From Atractiella rhizophila (taxonomy: Eukaryota): a stretch of DNA of 52,764 bases. The stretch spans positions 1 to 52,764 of the forward strand of contig MU271496.1 in NCBI GenBank assembly GCA_021432655.1. Direction: 5' to 3'. The translations under genes and the position numbers were made by a program. Of the stretch, positions 46,850 to 52,764 are shown in pieces (within the stretch, counting starts at the first letter, position 1; every line of letters starts with the position of its first letter). The notes below the pieces were generated by a model. It ran no database searches. It had not been told where the DNA came from and was given only the letters and a program-made list of their open reading frames with translations.

Positions 46850-49800
46850 CTTAGCTGTCACCTCCTTCTCAGACGTGGTGTAGTTCGGCATGAGATTGGT
46901 GCGTGGATGCAAGTGTCCGACAGAAAAGATCCTCCAACGAGCAGCAGTCGAGGACAGTGGGGGTCAGAAGGGAGGGGGAGGAGAAGGAAGGAGATGCTGT
47001 CGAGATTTTCCGGTGTGAATTGACCGCGTCTGCCCTCCCAATCCAATCCTTCCTCACAGTTGCCTCCTTCACTTCCTCCTTACTCTTCGGTGCTGGTCCC
47101 TCCTCCGTCTTAACATCTCAAACCAACCCCACCTTCATTCTTTCGCCGAAAAACACGAAGGTTTCTGGAGCTGTACTTGTTGATTGGGGCTGTGATAAAG
47201 GCAAGCGGCTGCGACAAGGAGTGAGTGTAGGTGTAGGTGTTTCTTCACTGCCGTATTTTTCTCTCCTGTGCGTGTGGTACTGAGGCGTTGAAGAGGTAAA
47301 ACCTGCCGGACCATTTGGCATCACTGGAGCGGTGAGATCTGGCTAGCTGACGCGGATAAGGCACAGAGAATGGTGCTGGTGAGGTAGAAGCATCGGCAAG
47401 GGGAGTCGATGCTCACTGGGTTGCAGCTGGAGGAACGATAGAAGGGTTTGGAGGCGAAGGAGGTGAAACGGTGCCAGAGAAGGTTGATGTTATTGCAAGT
47501 GCGGATGGAGCAGAAGTATGCTTCTTGCTCGTTCTGGGGAGAAGCGAGATCGCACCACCTGTCGTCTCCAGCAGAGGCTAGCACAGAATGGAAGTTGCTC
47601 ACCTTGATCCGATATTCGAATGGTCACAGTGGGCTGGCGTATCGATGCGCTAAGACGTGGCAGTGATGGGGAACTCTACAGGACCTCCCCGGCGTTTCTC
47701 ACTCGTCCTTATGGAGTTCTTAAGGAGCCGAAATATCATGTATCTTTGTCTCCAAAAGTGTTCACCAAACACAAACGAAAGAGAAACGCACTCAAGATGT
47801 CCGTCCACGTAAGGAGACTCTCGCTCTGCTCCTCGTCACTGACAATATCAAGATTGATACTCCGTTGCCCCCCTTCTCCCCTCCCTCTTCATGCACATAT
47901 TCGCACCGTGTCCTCCGGCTTCAGCTTCATATTCGCAATCCAACGCACTTATCCTCCTTCCCATTGTTGAACTGTCGTGAAAGCGAGATGTGGTCAGAGG
48001 CAATCACTCATCTTGATATCCATGAACACACCCATATGAGTGAGGAAGGTGTTGAGTGTGGAAATGAGAAGAGCAGTCTTAGGAGCCTCTGCTGAACTCA
48101 TGTCTTTCATTCGTGCTTTTGCCGGGTGTCTAGGGGGAAGGACTGACATCGCCATGCTAACTGGGATGATGATTTGATGCTTTCTCATCAACGTTATTAT
48201 GAACTTGCAGAAAATCTTCACCCCCACCCCCCCTAATGTTGTAGCAATGGGGCAATAACTCTCCAGAAACTCCTTCGGCCAACGGTCCAAGCGTGTGAAA
48301 AGAAGACACTAACAGCTCGAAGGCATCACAGTGTAGACTATGCACAAAAGTCCAGAGAGACGTGTTGCCACGATGAATGGGAGGTACTCTCCAAAGCGAT
48401 GGGAGATATGGAAGCTATGTTTACAGCTGGAGAGCAACAATCACACCTGCAAGTCCGTGCATAAAATCTCTGGTAGCAACTCTACTTTGAGAGGTTCTCA
48501 GCACCATTCTCAACATATCGCAGTATACTCAACGCTTCCCCTGGCAATTTGCTTCAAGAACTAAAGAAGAACACACAAGTTGGTGTCGTTGATCAACTCC
48601 TCTCAGCCTCATTCCTGCCAACTCCATCCATAATCCAGTCCGCCTAAGAATGTCAAACGCCACAGGGGAATGGGAAACACGGCTGGGAGGCTTAAATCGC
48701 GACGCCTTTGGCAGATCGTTGCGTGAAAAACTGGGATGTTGTTGAATGATTTTCTACGATCGCCAGCAATCTGGGAGCAGTTTGTGTCATCTCCTCCGAC
48801 CTCTGGGTGCAGTCTGCAGTCCACCGACTGTTCTTCACACCTTCCATCCTTCGTTCTCCTTCTATCGTATCTCCGCCATCGTTTGCCCTTCACGCTTTCA
48901 CTTCACTGTGTTTTTCATGCAGTCCCCAGCACACCTCTCTCGCATCCTCTCATCTGTCGCTGGTCTCCTTCACTCTGGCCAGTCCTGGTGTGTCCCTCTC
49001 CTGTTTCTGCATACTTCGCCACTCCCCCAGCCCCGCTCTCGTCCGCATTCTTCTTTCGTTTCAGCTTTCCCCCACCGTCCTCTTTCCTCAAGCACCTCCC
49101 CACACGCGACACCCGATGTAGTCGGTAGCACTGGTGTGAGCAAGTGATGAGTGGACGAGTATAATTAGTAAGAAGATGGGAGGGAAGTGAGATGCATTGT
49201 GAACAGATGGTACGCAATGGTAGATGAAGCGTGCAGAAATGGAAAGGAAGAGCGAAGCATGAGACCATGACAGACAACACTGACTGAGAAGGAAGGTGCC
49301 AGCATTCCTGATCTGCTGCCCAGTGAAAGTGCGCCTGAGGACCGCATAGCACGACAAAGGATGCACGCGATGTGCCGTGGAGGGCAAGAACGAGCGAGTA
49401 AGGGCGAAAGAGAGGCTAGGTATGGATCCTATTATAGTCAACGGAGGGCTAACACTTTTATAGCAAAGCCAGGTGCGAGAGAAGAGGTGCCTTCCCTCCC
49501 CCTCTCCCTCTTTTGCATTTGTGCCTAATGACATAAGGATCAGATTCCTCGCCCCCTCACCGGTTCGAAACGAGAGAGCAGTGCGAGGGAAGCGTGGGAT
49601 GCAAAAAGGAGACAGGACAGCGCCGTCCAGCTCCAGTTTCAATACCTGCTCCGATCTATCCCCCCTTTCCCGCTTCCCGTACACCTGCACCTCTCGCTCC
49701 AACAATCCTCGTGCCTCGCTTCCGTGCTACTCTCGCCATCCGTCCTCCTATGCTCCTCCAGCAACTTCTCTGTCCTCCGAAATGAGCGACAAGTAAAAGC

Positions 49801-51500
49801 TGGAGGTCGGATCGCGAAAGCAGAGGACGGAGTGACAGAGCAGGTCGGCCATTGCGATGGACAACGGAGAACCATGCTATGCTTTCTCTCACCCACTGAT
49901 GCCCCCCGTTTCGCCTCGCTCTCCAACACCATCCCTCATGCCCGCATCCTTCGCCTCGAACCAACTTGCTTCGCACTAGACATCAGAAACCAACCGCGAA
50001 GCGTAGGCGTATGTGATGGAGAAAGAGGAAAGACTGCGATGCTGCCAATCCCCAACTCACGCTGCCAACTTTCGCTATCACGGCTTGTTCTCCACCATTG
50101 CCTAGGCAAGGAACCCCCCCTCTCCACTGCGGCCTTTACCTTGTCGCATACTGGTCATTTAATATCAACACAAAGCACGGGGGACACATCAAATGGGGAA
50201 AGGTAGACATAGAGGGAACGTGGTTGGTGATGGCAGAATGACCGGAGAAGGATCGTCCCGGTGTTCTCCTACTCTCCGCCATCTCCTTTCACCTCGCTTA
50301 CCCTCTCACTCTGCCTCGCATCCCTGTCTGCCAACATTCACCCTTCATCTCCCCTTCCACCAACCCCTCCGCCTTTTCACATTATGGCCGCATTGGGCCA
50401 TTTCTTTCTGCTGGCAATGTATTTCGTTTCTCTCCTCTCTCCAGCTACAAGTGTCCTAACTGACATGCACACTAGGTCCCTTGCTCCGCCGCTCCCCTTT
50501 CCTGGCAGTCCCACTCCCCTCCTGTCGCACTCCACTGGCCCTCCTGCCTCCACCAAGCCCGTGGCTCGGAAGTTGGACTCGGAGTGGAGGTTGAACGTTC
50601 GAAAGCCAACGGGGGAGGAAGAAATCATAACAGGTCCATAGTCAAGATGGGATGTCGGAGATACACATCACACTTTGTCTCGCCGTTCCGTTCGCACTCC
50701 CTCGCCATCCCTCATCATCCTATGCCTTCCCCGTGTCCTCATGCCGCCATCCTATTCTCTCTCCCACCTCACCTTCAATCGCACTCCGGCTTGCACTTCA
50801 TGGCTCCTTTTCCACCGACGCTTGTTTCATGACGTTGGGGGCAACAATTGAAATGGCCGATGGAGAAAGAGGAGGGCAAAGTGTGCAGTGTGGCATCAAG
50901 GACCACAAGTGGACATCTAGGTTGGTCCTTCTCGTGTTCCTGAGCCTCCGTCCTCCATCCCTCTTGTCTCCCGCTAGTGACTCAAGTGACATCTATGTTC
51001 TCGCGAGTAGTTCCTCTGCCTCCTCTGTCATCCAGATAGGTAACTGCCTCTTTAACTGTCCCAGCCACATCTAGCCTCTCCTCTCACAATCAATCATTAC
51101 GAAACGAAGCATCAATATCAGAGCGTTCTGCACTAGCTCTCGTTTGATTTTCAGTGTAATTTAGGTACTAGTATTGCAAAGGAATCTTTTACATGTTTTA
51201 GGACTTCCTGCAGCACTATCTGGTAGTCAAGTGCTGGAGAACTAAAGCCTTCAACGTCCGGACGCCCACTTCCACCAACACCATCCTAATCCGTCTTAAT
51301 TGCAACGATCGCCTAATACATCGCCTCCCACGAACAGTTCCGGGATCTCCATCTTCATGAGTAGTGATATCTGATCTGCTTGATCCTTGCGCAGAGAACG
51401 TCGAGATGGTTCAAGTTGGACAATGCACTGATGCGCTGCAGGCATGACCCGATCTCTCCCCTTGTTGTCTCGTTTAATGTGCGTTTGTGGGCTTTAGTCC
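46850..51500 (-). pseudogene. Degenerate gene X of array unit E (3' end deleted)
   Basis: Begins at sequence matching ~42180 (TGGTGCGTGGATGCAAGTGTCCGA) and stays colinear with unit D. Confidence 0.5.
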
Positions 51501-51548
51501 AGCTTGTTATCTCCAAGAATGAAAAGAAGAAAAACATCGATTTCATGC

Positions 51549-51637
51549 AAGGATGATCAGGGGACAGAGTCCATCTCACTGGTCCATCTCATTACCCCAG
51601 TAACGGTAGAACATGGCACTCCGATCCATCTCTCCAT
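51549..51637 (+). pseudogene. F-box/LRR copy E, interrupted by LTR retrotransposon insertion
   Basis: KDDQGTESISLVHLITPVTVEHGTPIHLSI, then the TG of the LTR at 51638. Confidence 0.85.
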
Positions 51638-52127
51638 TGTCAGGCTTGCCCCTACGCATTACCGAAATGCACCATCTGAAGTCACGTGACCCACTTTACC
51701 ATGCCATAGGACCACGCGCCTGCCCATCGCCGCTTTGCTCACGTTCTCGCTGATCGCCGCCTTCCCCTGTCTCACACGAATCGCCGCTCAGCAAACCTTA
51801 TACATTTCGCCGGTCTGCACCGTCTCCATTATTGCTTTATTGTCCTTTCTCACTTGTACTGCTCAGTATGTCTTATTTCCGAGTTTTCCTTTTATTGCTT
51901 TCCTGATCTAGCTATCTTACATGTTTCAAGAAACTTATGATACAGTTTATGGCAGTACTTTTACATATGTATATATACATCGAGATGTAGTGGTGGTGAC
52001 CTCAGAGTATTCTCTTAGGTTTACCTCCACTACAGGTTAGTCTTCTCATGCCATATTATTCCCTTAGGTTTACCTCCACTACAGACGCATCGCCTATCGA
52101 CGACCGCACATAGTGTTAGCCCTAACA
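51638..52127 (+). mobile_element. 5' LTR of a young Ty3/Gypsy element (LTR family A)
   Basis: TG...CA, near-identical to solo LTR 24454-24894 plus 49 extra nt; TATA-like TATATATA near 51970; followed by priming site and gag. Confidence 0.95.
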
Positions 52128-52129
52128 GA

Positions 52130-52139
52130 AGAATACTCT
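52130..52139 (+). promoter_or_regulatory. Self-priming primer-binding site (Tf1-type)
   Basis: AGAATACTCT is the exact reverse complement of AGAGTATTCT at 52004-52013, ~30 nt downstream of the TATA-like box; no TGG-type tRNA PBS. Confidence 0.8.
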
Positions 52140-52170
52140 CTCCTTAAAATTTTGAAACCAAACGTAAAAA

Positions 52171-52764
52171 ATGTCGGAGATTTGGGGAAATATGGAAACG
52201 CGCGAACCGCCGACGAGCGAAGAACGCATCCAACACTTAGAAAGGATGTTCCAAACTCTACACCTCACAACTGAAAAGCAATTCAAAAAACTCGAACAAG
52301 ACCTCATATCAAGCTTCAACCAACAAAATGCACAAACCTCCCAGAATGCGAACGAAATTGCGCAACTGAGGTCCGACGTCCAAAACACAAACGATCGAAT
52401 TTTGCAATTATTGGACTCCAGACTGCCCCCTCCTAGAGACAGTGGAACCACCTCTCCTTTCTTATCGCGAACAGACCCAATACCTCAAACTTATTCTCCT
52501 CCGCCTATATCCCAGACTGCCCAAGTAGCACCGTATGCAGGTATCAAGCTCGCTCCACCTTCAATCTTCAAAGGAGCTCCTAACACAGCTCCGACATTTT
52601 TACGCGAAATTTACGTCTACACCTCTACCGTTCCAGGCCAATTCCCGACTGAAAAATCGAAAATCCTATTTACCCTTTCTTACATGAAAGAAGGAGATGC
52701 GGAAAAATTCGCCGCTGGGATTTTGCGCCGACTTGTCGAAAATGAGGAACAAATTGCGTGGGAA
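52171..52764 (+). CDS. gag: Ty3/Gypsy Gag (partial, open to window end)
   Basis: Open frame MSEIWGNMETREPP...IKLAPPSIFKG...FPTEKSKILFTLSYMKEGDAEKFA, typical fungal Gypsy capsid N-terminal region. Confidence 0.9.
   Translation, partial: MSEIWGNMETREPPTSEERIQHLERMFQTLHLTTEKQFKKLEQDLISSFNQQNAQTSQNANEIAQLRSDVQNTNDRILQLLDSRLPPPRDSGTTSPFLSRTDPIPQTYSPPPISQTAQVAPYAGIKLAPPSIFKGAPNTAPTFLREIYVYTSTVPGQFPTEKSKILFTLSYMKEGDAEKFAAGILRRLVENEEQIAWE

Overview
Eukaryotic (fungal, most likely basidiomycete; inferred from short GT-AG introns, MGM101 and the TE families) repeat-rich locus. After the 5' part of MGM101, the window is mostly a head-to-tail array of a ~6.5-7 kb unit. Each unit is a long degenerate minus-strand gene placed head-to-head with an apparently intronless F-box/LRR gene. 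There are two intact F-box copies (4160-5878, 10996-12765), three truncated copies in the same orientation, and one older inverted fragment. A TE nest splits the array: three decayed Ty3/Gypsy elements (each with candidate extra coding sequence 3' of pol), solo LTRs, two Helitron remnants and a Tc1/mariner-type MITE. A Mutator-type MITE lies upstream of the array. An intact patatin-STAND-TPR fungal NLR gene (1406 aa) sits inside the nest. The window ends in the 5' LTR and gag of a young Gypsy with a Tf1-type self-priming site. Most notable: F-box paralogues vary mainly at exposed LRR beta-strand positions next to an NLR with hypervariable TPRs (candidate immune-type cluster); the NLR patatin lacks the DGG catalytic Asp; and a tandem, covarying multi-hairpin RNA motif starts at a Gypsy pol stop codon. 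All calls are by eye; no database searches were run.
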